DNA of 62,547 nt from Deltaproteobacteria bacterium. GTDB lineage: Bacteria > Desulfobacterota > Binatia > UBA9968. The notes under the pieces are model-generated. The model saw only the letters and a list, made by a program, of their open reading frames with translations. It did not search any database and was not told where the DNA came from. The DNA is taken from positions 1 to 62,547 of the forward strand of contig JAUYJC010000602.1 of the NCBI GenBank assembly GCA_030688735.1, written 5' to 3'. A program made the translations under genes and the position numbers. Positions 1 to 9,562 of this stretch are shown here, piece after piece; the first letter of the stretch is position 1; each line of letters opens with the position of its first letter.

Positions 1-1055
1 CGCATCATCTCCGGCAGTTGGCTGCGCGGCACCACGCCGTCCTGCACGTAATAGTTCGGCGCCAGGGCGCCCATGGCGCCGAACGCTCCCTTGCGCCCTT
101 TCCATAAGAGCTGGCGTTCGTTTTCGTCGCGCGCCACCCGGGCTTCGCGGGCGCCGTCACGCTGGCAAATTCCGCGCGCCATCTCGACCGCCCTCTCGGT
201 CTGTTCGCGAACTCCTTCCACTTCGACGATGAGGACCGCCTCGGCATCGCGCGGCAGGCCCACCGGCGCGCCCCGCTCGATCGCTTCGATGGTCGTGCGA
301 TCCATGATTTCCAGAGCGGCGGGGATAATTCCCGCGCCGGTGATGTCGACGACGGTCTGCGTGGCATGATCCATTTGATCAAAGACCGCCAGCAGCGTGC
401 GCACGGACTCGCGCGTTTGCATGAGCCTCACGGCGACTTTAGTGACGATGCCCATCGTACCCTCGGAGCCAACGAAGATGCCGCAGAGGTCATAGCCCGG
501 TGTGTCTGGCACTTCGCCGCCCAACCAAATGATTTGGCCATCGTCTAAAACGACTTCGATACCGAGCACGTGATTGGTCGTAACGCCGTGGGCAAGCGTG
601 TGCGGCCCGCCGGAATTGTTGGCGACGTTGCCGCCAATGGAACATGCCGCTTGGCTGCTCGGATCGGGCGCGTAGAAGTAACCGTCTTTGGCCACCGCTT
701 TGGTGACATCGAGGTTGATCACGCCGGGCTCGACGACCGCGATGCGATTTTGCAGATCGATCTTTAGAATGCGATCCAGGCGGGCCAAGGAGAGAACGAT
801 ACCGCCCTCGGCGGGCACAGCGCCGCCGGCGAGTCCGGTACCAGAGCCGCGCGGGACGATGGGAACACTGGCGCGCTGCGCCGCTTTCACCACCTGGGAC
901 ACCTCTTCAGTATTACCGGGCACGACGACGATCTCAGGCATGACCTGAAAGATCGAGCCGTCCTGCTCGTAGACGATGACGTCTTCCTTTTCTACGAGGA
1001 CGTAATGCTCGCCGACGATGGCGCGCAACTCATTGATGAGAGCGTTCCGGCTCAT
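1..1055 (-). CDS. glcD: FAD-linked oxidase, glycolate oxidase subunit GlcD-like (3' end runs off the window)
   Basis: Manual translation from ATG 1055: MSRNALINELRAIVGEHYVL...PRGSGTGLAGGA...FYAPDPSSQAACSIGGNVANNSGGPH...GYDLCGIFVGSEGTMGIVT, the FAD-binding PCMH motifs of the GlcD/D-lactate dehydrogenase family. Absent from the ORF track because no stop lies in the window. Confidence 0.85.
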   Translation of the reverse strand, partial: MSRNALINELRAIVGEHYVLVEKEDVIVYEQDGSIFQVMPEIVVVPGNTEEVSQVVKAAQRASVPIVPRGSGTGLAGGAVPAEGGIVLSLARLDRILKIDLQNRIAVVEPGVINLDVTKAVAKDGYFYAPDPSSQAACSIGGNVANNSGGPHTLAHGVTTNHVLGIEVVLDDGQIIWLGGEVPDTPGYDLCGIFVGSEGTMGIVTKVAVRLMQTRESVRTLLAVFDQMDHATQTVVDITGAGIIPAALEIMDRTTIEAIERGAPVGLPRDAEAVLIVEVEGVREQTERAVEMARGICQRDGAREARVARDENERQLLWKGRKGAFGAMGALAPNYYVQDGVVPRSQLPEMM

Positions 1056-1176
1056 TGCCAAGCAGACTATCTGAGGTCGAGAGGGGGTGTCAAATTGGGA
1101 TTGACCTAAATCTATTAATTGTAATATAAGCAATCTGGCGATATCTAATACCAGCTAACTCAGAAGGAGGCCGACC

Positions 1177-2331
1177 ATGACTGATCAAAAGAACGTTCAG
1201 GAACAAGGCGCGCGGAAAGTTTCGCGCCGAAATATTCTCAAGGCGGCGGTAGCCGCGGGAGGCGCGGCGGTTTTCGGCTTCCCGAATATCGTCAAGGCGC
1301 AAGGGGTCACCTCTATGCGCTGGCAGTCGACCTGGCCGTCCAAGGACATTTTCCACGAGTTTGCGCTCGACTTCGCCAAGAAGGTCAACGACATGACCGG
1401 CGGCGATCTGAAGATCGAAGTCCTACCCGCCGGCGCCGTGGTACCGGCTTTCCAGCTTCTCGAAGCCGTGTCGAAAGGGACGCTCGACGGCGGCCACGGC
1501 GTGCTTGTCTACCACTACGGCAAGCAGACCGCGCTCGCGCTCTGGGGATCGAGCCCCGCCTACGGGATGGACGCCAACATGCTGCTCTCCTGGCACAAGT
1601 ACGGCGGGGGCAAGGAGTTGCTCGATAAGATCTACAAATCGATCGGCGCCAACGTCGTTTCCTTCCCCTACGGCCCGATGCCGACGCAGCCGCTAGGCTG
1701 GTTCAAAAAGCCGGTCACCAAGTCCGATGACTTGAAGGGCCTCAAGTTCCGCACGGTGGGCATCTCGATCGACCTGTTCACCGGCTTGGGCGCCGCTGTG
1801 AACGCGCTCCCCGGCGGCGAGATCGTGCCGGCGATGGACCGCGGGTTGCTCGATGCCGCCGAGTTCAACAACGCCTCCTCCGACCGCCTCCTCGGCTTCC
1901 CGGACGTGTCCAAGGTTTACATGCTGCAAAGCTACCACCAGAACGCCGAGCAGTTCGAGATCATGTTTAACAAAACGAAGTTCGACGCCCTGCCGGCGAA
2001 GATGAAGGCGATCATCGAGCACGCCGTGGAGGCGGCCTCGGCCGACATGTCGTGGAAAGCGATCGACCGCTACTCTAAGGACTACATCGAGCTTCAAACC
2101 AAAGACAAGGTCAGGGTCTACAAGACTCCGGCCTCCGTGCTGCAGAAGCAGCTCGCGGTCTTCGACGCGGTCGAGGCGAAGAAGTCGGCCGACAACCCGC
2201 TGTTCAAGGAGGTTGTTCAGTCCCAGCGCGCCTTCGCCGCGCGTGCGGTCCGGTGGGACCTCGACACCAATGTGGACCGGCGCATGGCCTACAACCACTA
2301 CTTCGCTCCAAAGTCGGCGAAGAAGTCGTAA
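1177..2331 (+). CDS. TRAP transporter substrate-binding protein (DctP/TakP-like) with Tat signal
   Basis: SRRNILK twin-arginine signal; WQSTWP, GTLDGGH, GEIVPAMDRGLLDAAEF motifs; AGGAGG RBS. Confidence 0.92.
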   Translation: MTDQKNVQEQGARKVSRRNILKAAVAAGGAAVFGFPNIVKAQGVTSMRWQSTWPSKDIFHEFALDFAKKVNDMTGGDLKIEVLPAGAVVPAFQLLEAVSKGTLDGGHGVLVYHYGKQTALALWGSSPAYGMDANMLLSWHKYGGGKELLDKIYKSIGANVVSFPYGPMPTQPLGWFKKPVTKSDDLKGLKFRTVGISIDLFTGLGAAVNALPGGEIVPAMDRGLLDAAEFNNASSDRLLGFPDVSKVYMLQSYHQNAEQFEIMFNKTKFDALPAKMKAIIEHAVEAASADMSWKAIDRYSKDYIELQTKDKVRVYKTPASVLQKQLAVFDAVEAKKSADNPLFKEVVQSQRAFAARAVRWDLDTNVDRRMAYNHYFAPKSAKKS

Positions 2332-2355
2332 TTGGCTCGATACGCTCTCGATCAG

Positions 2356-2391
2356 TGCGGCGCCTGCTGACTCAGCTCAGCAGGCGCCGCA
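2356..2391. other. Perfect 15-bp-stem hairpin after dctP (probable mRNA-stabilising or attenuating stem)
   Basis: TGCGGCGCCTGCTGA-ctcagc-TCAGCAGGCGCCGCA with no U-tract. Confidence 0.6.
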
Positions 2392-2467
2392 GTTGCGTTC
2401 AGGCCAGGAGGAAATGAGGGCTGGCTGCAGGCAGCCTATCCGCTGTTCGCTTCCGAAGGGGTTGGGG

Positions 2468-3094
2468 ATGCAAAAACTTCTGTTGACTGTTGACAAGATG
2501 AGCACCTGGGTCGGGCATGCGTTTTCCTGGCTCATCGTCGCGCTCACCCTGTTCATCTCGTGGGAGGTGTTTTCGCGCTACGCCCTCGACGCTCCCCACG
2601 CCTGGGCCTACGATGCCATGATCATGCTGTACGGCTCGCTGTTCATGATGGCCGGCGCCTATACGTTGGCGAAAAACGGACACGTGCGCGGGGATGTGCT
2701 GTACGGTTTTTTCAGCCCCCGCACTCAGGCCACGCTCGACCTCGTGCTCTACATCGTTTTCTTCATCCCCGGAGTGGTCGCCCTCGTCTGGGCCGGCTAC
2801 GGTTACGCCGCCGAATCCTGGGCGATCAGAGAGCACTCGAGCGTCATGGCCGAGGGTCCGCCGATCTACCCGCTCAAGACGATTATCCCGGTTGCCGGAG
2901 CCTTCCTGCTGCTGCAAGGCGTCGTTGAGATCATCCGCTGTGCGATCTGCTTGAAGCAGGGTCAATGGCCCTCACGCGAGGAGGATGTCGAGGAGGTGGA
3001 TGTGGACAAGCTCAAGAAGTTGGTTCACGTCAATGAAGAGAATGTCGAGAAGCCCGATGAGCTGACGACGCAGAGGAGGGGGCCGGACAAGTGA
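2468..3094 (+). CDS. TRAP transporter small permease (DctQ)
   Basis: About 4 TM segments, HVRGDVLY motif, lies between dctP and dctM; start moved to ATG 2468 (MQKLLL). Confidence 0.88.
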   Translation: MQKLLLTVDKMSTWVGHAFSWLIVALTLFISWEVFSRYALDAPHAWAYDAMIMLYGSLFMMAGAYTLAKNGHVRGDVLYGFFSPRTQATLDLVLYIVFFIPGVVALVWAGYGYAAESWAIREHSSVMAEGPPIYPLKTIIPVAGAFLLLQGVVEIIRCAICLKQGQWPSREEDVEEVDVDKLKKLVHVNEENVEKPDELTTQRRGPDK

Positions 3095-5085
3095 AGATGC
3101 GCAAAGAGCTCTGGTTCGGATTCTCGCTCATGGCGATCATCGTTATCGCTGTGATCGCGTTCACGCCCTGGGGCAATCTCACCAACGGCCACTTGGGCCT
3201 GATCATGCTTGCGCTGATCGTGGTGACGATCATGCTCGGCTTCCCGACGGCGTTCACCCTCATGGGCATGGGGGTGTTTTTCTCCTGGCTCGCCTACCGC
3301 AGCGTCAACCCGGATCTCGCGGTCAGCCAGGTTCTCGACCTCATGGTGCAGCGCGCCTACGGCGTGATGCGCAACGATGTCCTGATCGCGGTGCCGCTGT
3401 TTGTTTTCATGGGCTATCTGGTCGAGCGGGCGGCCCTGATCGACCGGCTGTTCAAGAGCCTGCATCTTGCCCTCGCCCGCGTGCCGGGGTCGCTGGCGGT
3501 GGCGACCACGGTCACCTGCGCGGTCTTTGCCACAGCGAGCGGCATCATCGGCGCGGTGGTGACGCTGATGGGCCTGCTCGCCCTTCCGCCCATGCTGCGG
3601 GCGGGCTACAACGTCTCGGTGTCGGCCGGCTGTATCACCGCCGGAGGCACGCTCGGCATTCTCATCCCGCCTTCGGTACTGCTGATTGTCTATGGAGCGA
3701 CGGCCGGGGTTTCGGTGGTGCAGCTCTACGCCGGAGCGTTTTTCCCCGGCATGATGCTTGCGGCGCTCTATGTGGGCTACATCATCATTCTGGCAAAGCT
3801 CAGGCCAGGGCTGATGCCCCCCCTGCCCGAGAGCGAACGGAGGGTTGAGCTTCCGCCCCTCTCGCGGACGCTGGCTGGCCGCGGGCGCAATGCGTTCGCT
3901 GGGCTCCTGCGGGCGCTCGTTGTGAGCAGCGCCGGCGTGTCAAAACGCGTAGCGCTAGTGCAGCTACTTGTCACCTTGATGCCGGCACTGGCAATCGCCG
4001 CCGTGCTGGGTGTGACCTACCGGGCGGCCACCGCGCCGGCGGTCGAGGTCGAGGTCATCCCGTCCGGGCTCATCGGAGTGCCGTTAGAGGTAAAAGAGAC
4101 GGGGCTGATCGGCGCAGCGCCAGCGGAACCGGAGGGACCGGGTATCAAGGAGCCCCAGGCCGAAGGCGCGCAGGAGCTGGCTCCGCCGCCCGGCGCCCAG
4201 GAGGCAAGCTCGGAAGCCACGAATGGGAAACCGGCTGCGGGCGATCCGGCCGAGCCATCCCCCGTGCCGGGCTGGTTGTGGGCCGTGCTCGCCTGTGGCG
4301 CGGGCGCGATATTGTTCATATACGGCCTGTGGAGCTGGGAACGGCTCGAAGTGTTCAAGATGCTGCTAACCTCGTTCTTTCCCCTCGCGATCCTGATCCT
4401 AGGCGTGCTCGGCTCCATCGTCTTGGGCTTCGCTACTCCCACCGAAGCGGCCGCGGTGGGCGCATTCGGCGGGTGCGTGCTGGCTGCGGTCTACCGCTTC
4501 GTCGCGCACTGGTCCGCCGCGGGATCGGGAGGTGGGAGCCGGGGCTCGGCATTCATTCGCACCGTGAAAGAGTTCGGGGCGATCGTCAAGGAGTCCTCGT
4601 TTCTCACCGCTAAGACGAGCGCAATGGTCTGCTGGCTGTTCGTCGGTTCGGCGATCTTCTCCGCCGCGTTCGCGCTGCTCGGGGGGCAGGACGTGGTGGA
4701 GAAGTGGGTGCTGTCGATGGACTTGACGCCGATCCAGTTCATGATCCTCGCCCAGTTCATCATCTTCATCTTGGGCTGGCCGCTTGAGTGGACCGAGATC
4801 ATCGTGATCTTTATGCCGATCTTCATCCCGCTGCTGCCGCACTTTGAGATCGACCCCCTGTTCTTCGGGCTGCTGGTGGCGCTGAACCTCCAGACCGCGT
4901 TCCTGTCGCCTCCCGTGGCGATGGCAGCGTTCTACCTCAAGGGGGTAGCGCCTCCCCATGTGACGCTGAACCAGATTTTCGCCGGCATGATGCCGTTCAT
5001 GGGCATCCAGGTTATCGCGATGGTGCTGCTGTACCTGTTCCCTGGTATCGGCCTCTGGCTTCCGTCGGTGTTTTACTCTCGGTAG
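3091..5085 (+). CDS. TRAP transporter large permease (DctM) with a Pro/Glu/Ala-rich insertion
   Basis: GGTLGILIPPS, ATPTEAAAVG, AFLSPPVAM motifs; overlaps the dctQ stop (GTGA). Confidence 0.92.
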   Translation: MKMRKELWFGFSLMAIIVIAVIAFTPWGNLTNGHLGLIMLALIVVTIMLGFPTAFTLMGMGVFFSWLAYRSVNPDLAVSQVLDLMVQRAYGVMRNDVLIAVPLFVFMGYLVERAALIDRLFKSLHLALARVPGSLAVATTVTCAVFATASGIIGAVVTLMGLLALPPMLRAGYNVSVSAGCITAGGTLGILIPPSVLLIVYGATAGVSVVQLYAGAFFPGMMLAALYVGYIIILAKLRPGLMPPLPESERRVELPPLSRTLAGRGRNAFAGLLRALVVSSAGVSKRVALVQLLVTLMPALAIAAVLGVTYRAATAPAVEVEVIPSGLIGVPLEVKETGLIGAAPAEPEGPGIKEPQAEGAQELAPPPGAQEASSEATNGKPAAGDPAEPSPVPGWLWAVLACGAGAILFIYGLWSWERLEVFKMLLTSFFPLAILILGVLGSIVLGFATPTEAAAVGAFGGCVLAAVYRFVAHWSAAGSGGGSRGSAFIRTVKEFGAIVKESSFLTAKTSAMVCWLFVGSAIFSAAFALLGGQDVVEKWVLSMDLTPIQFMILAQFIIFILGWPLEWTEIIVIFMPIFIPLLPHFEIDPLFFGLLVALNLQTAFLSPPVAMAAFYLKGVAPPHVTLNQIFAGMMPFMGIQVIAMVLLYLFPGIGLWLPSVFYSR

Positions 5086-5147
5086 CGCCTGGAGCCGGAT
5101 CTCGCAATGTTTGGAGCAATCCGGAGCGCCGCGACGGCGAGCACGTA

Positions 5148-6512
5148 ATGGATCTCACCAATCTTCATTCACTCTCAGCATCTGACGCGGCGCAGTTGAT
5201 CCGCGAAAGCGTGATCAGCTCCCAGCAACTCGTTGAAGCGTGCTTGGCGCGGATACGTGAAATCGACGGACAGGTGCAGGCGTGGGCTCACCTCGATCCC
5301 GATCATGCGCTCGTGCAGGCGCGCGCGTCTGACGAGTATCGCCTTACTGGCAAACCGACCGGGCCGCTCCACGGCGTGCCCGTCGGCATCAAGGATATTT
5401 TCGACACCGCCGACATGCCCACCGAAGACGGTTCCGTGCTCCACGCCGGGCGCACACCGTCGCGCGACGCGGCGGTGGTTTCAAGGCTGCGCGCGGCGGG
5501 CGCGGTGATCATGGGCAAGACCGTGACCACGGAGTTTGCTTACTTCGCGCCGGGGAAGACGCGCAACCCGCATAATCCCGAGCACACTCCTGGCGGCTCC
5601 TCCAGCGGCTCGGCCGCGGCCGTGGCGGCCGAGATGGTACCGCTGGCCCTCGGCAGCCAGACCAACGGCTCGACGATCCGTCCAGCGGCTTACTGCGGCG
5701 TGATCGGCTACAAACCGACCCACGGCCTGATTTCGCGCCACGGCGCCTTCGCGCTGTCGCGCACCCTCGACCATGTCGGGCTGTTCGCGCGCACCATCGA
5801 TGATATCGCGCTGCTTGCCGAGCAGCTCGTCGGCTACGACGAATACGATCCCGATACACATCCGCGAGCGCGCATCCCGTTTATCGACGTCGCGGCGCAA
5901 GAACCACCCGTGCCGCCCATGTTCGCATTCATAAAGACGCCGATGTGGGAGCGGGCCGATGACGATACGAAAGAGGGATTTGCGGAGATCGTCGAGCAAA
6001 TGGGAAGCCAGGTCGAAGAGGTGGAGCTGTTCCCCTCCGCAACCCTTCGACTTAGCTCAGGGCAGGCCGAAGCATGGCAGTGGCACCAGACGATAATGGC
6101 GGCGGAGATGGCAGCGAACCTAGAGCGGGAGTGGGAAAAAGGCCGCGACCGATTGTCCGAGAAATTGCGCGAGCAGATCGAACGCGGCCGCGAAGTGCGC
6201 GCGGTGGACTACCAGCGCGCGCTTCGTCATATTACGCCGATCCACGAGAGCCTGCTGGAGCTTTTCGAGCAGCGCTATGACGCAATTCTCACTCCGGCCG
6301 CTCCGGGCGCCGCGCCCAAAGGTCTTGCATCGACCGGAGACCCTTCCTTCTGCACGCTGTGGACGCTCTGCGGCATGCCCTGTATCAGTTTACCGTTCCT
6401 GCAAAGCACTAACGGTCTGCCCATCGGCGTTCAGCTAGTCGGCCCGCGCCACGTCGACGCGCGCCTCCTGCGCACCGCCCGCTGGTTGGCGGCGAAGATG
6501 GCGGAAAGCTGA
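5148..6512 (+). CDS. Amidase-signature family enzyme
   Basis: GPLHGVPVGIKD, TPGGSSSGSAAAVA, GSQTNGSTIRPAAYCG (Ser-cisSer-Lys triad). Confidence 0.92.
   Translation: MDLTNLHSLSASDAAQLIRESVISSQQLVEACLARIREIDGQVQAWAHLDPDHALVQARASDEYRLTGKPTGPLHGVPVGIKDIFDTADMPTEDGSVLHAGRTPSRDAAVVSRLRAAGAVIMGKTVTTEFAYFAPGKTRNPHNPEHTPGGSSSGSAAAVAAEMVPLALGSQTNGSTIRPAAYCGVIGYKPTHGLISRHGAFALSRTLDHVGLFARTIDDIALLAEQLVGYDEYDPDTHPRARIPFIDVAAQEPPVPPMFAFIKTPMWERADDDTKEGFAEIVEQMGSQVEEVELFPSATLRLSSGQAEAWQWHQTIMAAEMAANLEREWEKGRDRLSEKLREQIERGREVRAVDYQRALRHITPIHESLLELFEQRYDAILTPAAPGAAPKGLASTGDPSFCTLWTLCGMPCISLPFLQSTNGLPIGVQLVGPRHVDARLLRTARWLAAKMAES
6043..6066 (+). repeat. 24-bp micro-element in frame in the amidase (adds TLRLSSGQ)
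   Basis: CCCTTCGACTTAGCTCAGGGCAGG, 23/24 identical to the reverse complement of 55459-55482. Confidence 0.75.
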
Positions 6513-6521
6513 AACGCAAAA

Positions 6522-6585
6522 AATCGAGGATGGAAGATCGAGGATCGAAAAACGCCATCCTCCATCGTCGATCGTCGATCCTCGG
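6522..6585. repeat. Inverted heptamer tandem repeat (ATCGAGG-type) between convergent genes
   Basis: ATCGAGG ATGGAAG ATCGAGG ATCGAAA ... CCATCCT CCATCGT CGATCGT CGATCCT. Confidence 0.75.
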
Positions 6586-6610
6586 CCCATCGGGTTTTCC
6601 TCGACTTCCA

Positions 6611-7888
6611 TCACCAGTTTACGAGATTGACCAAAGCGAGGCTAAACCACGGCACGTAAGTCACCAGGAGAGTGACCAACGCCAGCACCACCGTGAACGG
6701 CCAACTCGCTTTGAAGACCTCCCAGAATGGGATGCGCGCGATGGCTGCGGTGGTAAAGAGCACCGTGGCAACGGGCGGGGTCTGTTGGCCGACGCCGAGA
6801 TTGATAGTCACGATGATGCCGAAATGGATCGGGTCTATGCCGATCTGGCGGATCAGCGGCATCACGATGGGGACAATGAGGATGATCGCCGCCGCCGAGT
6901 GGAGAAACATGCCGGCGATGAAAAAGAAAACATTCAGGAAGAGCAGGATTAAATATTTGTTCGACGTGGTCTCGAGGATCATGCGCGCGAACTTCTGGGG
7001 AATCTGCTCGCTGGTGAGATACCAGCCGAGCACCGCCGACGAGGCCACGATGAGCATGACCACCGCGGTCTGCCCGGCGGAGTCCTTGAGCACCCGGATG
7101 GTTTCGGAAGTTGGCAGTTCCCGATAAATGAAAACGCCGATAATAAACGCCGCCAACACTGCGAGGGCCGCGACCTCGGTCGCGGTGGCGATGCCCAAGA
7201 AAATGCCTCCCCAAATGACAACCGGGATGAACAGTGCCCAGAACGCCTCGGCGGTCGATTTACCGACCAGGCGGATGGAAAACTTCTGCTCAACCGGCAG
7301 GTTGTACTTGCGCGCGTAGTAGTAACTCAGCACCATCATCGCGCCGCAGGCAACAAAACCTGGGAGAAAACCGGCAAAGAAGAGCTTGGCCACGGACACC
7401 TCGGCCATCCAGGCATAGATGATCATGGGAATGGACGGCGGAATCAGAATCGCGGCCGATGCGGCGTTGGAGACGATGGCGGCGCTAAGGGCCCTTGGAT
7501 AGCCTCGCTTCTCCATGGCCGGGATTACGACGTTGCCGATGGCGGCCGCGTCGGCGACGGATGATCCGGAGATCTCGCTTTGAATCATCGTGGCTACCAC
7601 CGTCACCATCGCCAGCCCCCCGCGAATGAATCCGACCATGCTGTTGGCCATGTTCACTAGCCGCAGCGAAATTCCAGAAGTCTCCATCAGCCCGCCGGCA
7701 AGAATAAACAGCGGGATGGCGAGCAGCGGAAAGCTCGAGGCGCCGGAAAAAAGATTCAACGGAACGACGCTCAGAGACACCGTTCCCTTCCAGAGCAAAA
7801 ACAAAATCGTCGCGATCGAGAGGCCAAAGCCGATCGGGACGTTGATGAGCGTCAGGAAAATGATCATTCCGAGGATGAGCCACTCCAC
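6611..7888 (-). CDS. TRAP transporter large permease (DctM)
   Basis: SGSSVADAAAIG, ILIPPSIPMIIY, GIDPIHFGII, QTPPV motifs. Confidence 0.93.
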   Translation of the reverse strand: MEWLILGMIIFLTLINVPIGFGLSIATILFLLWKGTVSLSVVPLNLFSGASSFPLLAIPLFILAGGLMETSGISLRLVNMANSMVGFIRGGLAMVTVVATMIQSEISGSSVADAAAIGNVVIPAMEKRGYPRALSAAIVSNAASAAILIPPSIPMIIYAWMAEVSVAKLFFAGFLPGFVACGAMMVLSYYYARKYNLPVEQKFSIRLVGKSTAEAFWALFIPVVIWGGIFLGIATATEVAALAVLAAFIIGVFIYRELPTSETIRVLKDSAGQTAVVMLIVASSAVLGWYLTSEQIPQKFARMILETTSNKYLILLFLNVFFFIAGMFLHSAAAIILIVPIVMPLIRQIGIDPIHFGIIVTINLGVGQQTPPVATVLFTTAAIARIPFWEVFKASWPFTVVLALVTLLVTYVPWFSLALVNLVNW

Positions 7889-8379
7889 GGCGCTTCAGCT
7901 CCTTTCCGTTGGTCATTCCCGCCGGCGAGATGCAGCAGGCGCTGGACGCTGATAAGCAGCATGAGGCCGCCGGTAATGGGAAGCACGCTGTAGACCCAAC
8001 TCATCCTTACCCACACAAGCGAGATTGCCGTCTCATCGCCCATCTTGTGCGTGAGCAGCCATCCGTAATAAAGCAGCACGGTTTGAAACCCCAGAACCAA
8101 GAACTCGGCGACGATCTCTAATCTTTTTCTCGTCGCCGGCATCAGTCGCGCGATAAAAGTCTCGAAGCCGATATGGCGGCGATGGTAGGAAGCGGAGACG
8201 GCGCCGTAGAAGGTCAACCAGACCAACAGGTAAGAAGCGAACTCATCGTACCAGGCGAGCGAGGCGTCGAGAACGTAGCGAAAAAAAACCCCCAGGCACA
8301 CCAGGACAACCATGAGAAACAGAAGCAACGTCGCCCACCACTCGACGAAATCGATGAATCGCCTGAAGAATCGTTCCAT
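7864..8379 (-). CDS. TRAP transporter small permease (DctQ)
   Basis: VFFRYVL, W.DEFASYLLVWLTF.GA, HIG motifs; about 4 TMs. Confidence 0.9.
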   Translation of the reverse strand: MERFFRRFIDFVEWWATLLLFLMVVLVCLGVFFRYVLDASLAWYDEFASYLLVWLTFYGAVSASYHRRHIGFETFIARLMPATRKRLEIVAEFLVLGFQTVLLYYGWLLTHKMGDETAISLVWVRMSWVYSVLPITGGLMLLISVQRLLHLAGGNDQRKGAEAPWSGSSSE

Positions 8380-8396
8380 GTCTTCGCTACGCTCAG

Positions 8397-8460
8397 AATC
8401 TCAAATCGCAGATGGAAAATCTCAGATATTATGAAATCTGAAATTTAAAATGTGAGATTC
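8397..8460. repeat. Inverted heptamer tandem repeat (AATCTCA-type)
   Basis: AATCTCA AATCGCA GATGGAA AATCTCA ... TGAAATC TGAAATT TAAAATG TGAGATT. Confidence 0.6.
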
Positions 8461-8468
8461 GCGGAGCG

Positions 8469-9446
8469 TCATCGCAGTGACTGGACGAGCTTGATGAGAT
8501 CGCTCCCGCCCGGAATTTCCTTGCCGAACTCCTGGTAGACCGTCGCCGAACCCTTGATGAACGCCTCTTTATCGACCTCGTTAACCTTCATCGGCGGGAC
8601 GAGCTTGCTCATGAGTTCTTTATCGAGCCGCTCGCCCTCGCTGCGGGCGAAATCACCCATGTCCCAGGCGATCTTCGAGAGCGTGCCTTGAACGTCCTTC
8701 GGCAGCTTGGCCCAGGCCTCTTCGCCCACGACTAAGTAAGCGGGGGTATAGACATGGCCGCTGAGCGAGAGGAATTTCTGCACCTCCTGGAATTTTGCCG
8801 AGGCGATTTGCGGAAACGGATTTTCCTGCGCGTCCATGACGCCGGACTGGAGCGCGGAATAAACTTCCGCCAGGGGCATCGGTGACGGATTGGCGCCGTA
8901 GTCCTTGAACATTTTGACGCGCCAGACGCCGCCGGGCACCCTCAATTTGATCCCCTTGAGATCGGCGGGTTTCACGATCGGTCTCACGTTGTTGGTGATG
9001 TGGCGAAAGCCGTTCTCCCACACGCCGAGAATGCGCATGCCTTTGGCCGGCAGGCCGTCGAAAAGCGCGCCCTGCACCTGTTTGCTCTCGACGACCTTTT
9101 TCATATGGGCCCGGCTGACGATGATGTAAGGCATTTCGAAGACGCCGAACTTCTGCTCGGCTGTACTCATGACGGTAGAAGGCAAAAACATCTCCGGCGC
9201 GCCGACCTTGATGCCGCGCATCATCTGCTCGTCGCTGCCGAGCTGGCTCGAATGAAATACCTTGATATCCACTTTGCCCGCGAGCGCGGCGTTGGCTCTC
9301 TTGGCATACTCGTCCGTGGTAATCGCGAACAGCGAGCCCGGGAAACCGACGTGGCCGAGGCGCAGCGTGATCGTCTGCGCCCTCAAGGATTGCGACGAGT
9401 GCGCCAGCAGAGCGAGAAGGAAAATAGCCATGATAAAACGTTTCAT
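8469..9446 (-). CDS. TRAP transporter substrate-binding protein (DctP)
   Basis: Signal peptide MKRFIMAIFLLALLA, AAGGAG RBS before ATG 9446, ENGFRHITN, DLKGIKLRVP, ALQSGVMDAQENP. Confidence 0.92.
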   Translation of the reverse strand: MKRFIMAIFLLALLAHSSQSLRAQTITLRLGHVGFPGSLFAITTDEYAKRANAALAGKVDIKVFHSSQLGSDEQMMRGIKVGAPEMFLPSTVMSTAEQKFGVFEMPYIIVSRAHMKKVVESKQVQGALFDGLPAKGMRILGVWENGFRHITNNVRPIVKPADLKGIKLRVPGGVWRVKMFKDYGANPSPMPLAEVYSALQSGVMDAQENPFPQIASAKFQEVQKFLSLSGHVYTPAYLVVGEEAWAKLPKDVQGTLSKIAWDMGDFARSEGERLDKELMSKLVPPMKVNEVDKEAFIKGSATVYQEFGKEIPGGSDLIKLVQSLR

Positions 9447-9465
9447 TGTTTGCTCCTTTCTAAAT

Positions 9466-9550
9466 GGTTCAAAAAGTTCAGATCGTTTAAAACGTTCAAG
9501 CCGTCGGCCGCAACAATTTGAACTTCTTGAACGGCTTGAACGACTTGAAC
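9466..9550. repeat. Inverted 9-mer tandem repeat (GTTCAAnnn / nnnTTGAAC)
   Basis: GTTCAAAAA GTTCAGATC GTTTAAAAC GTTCAAGCC ... TTGAACTTC TTGAACGGC TTGAACGAC TTGAAC. Confidence 0.75.
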
Positions 9551-9562
9551 TGGCGGTTCGCG

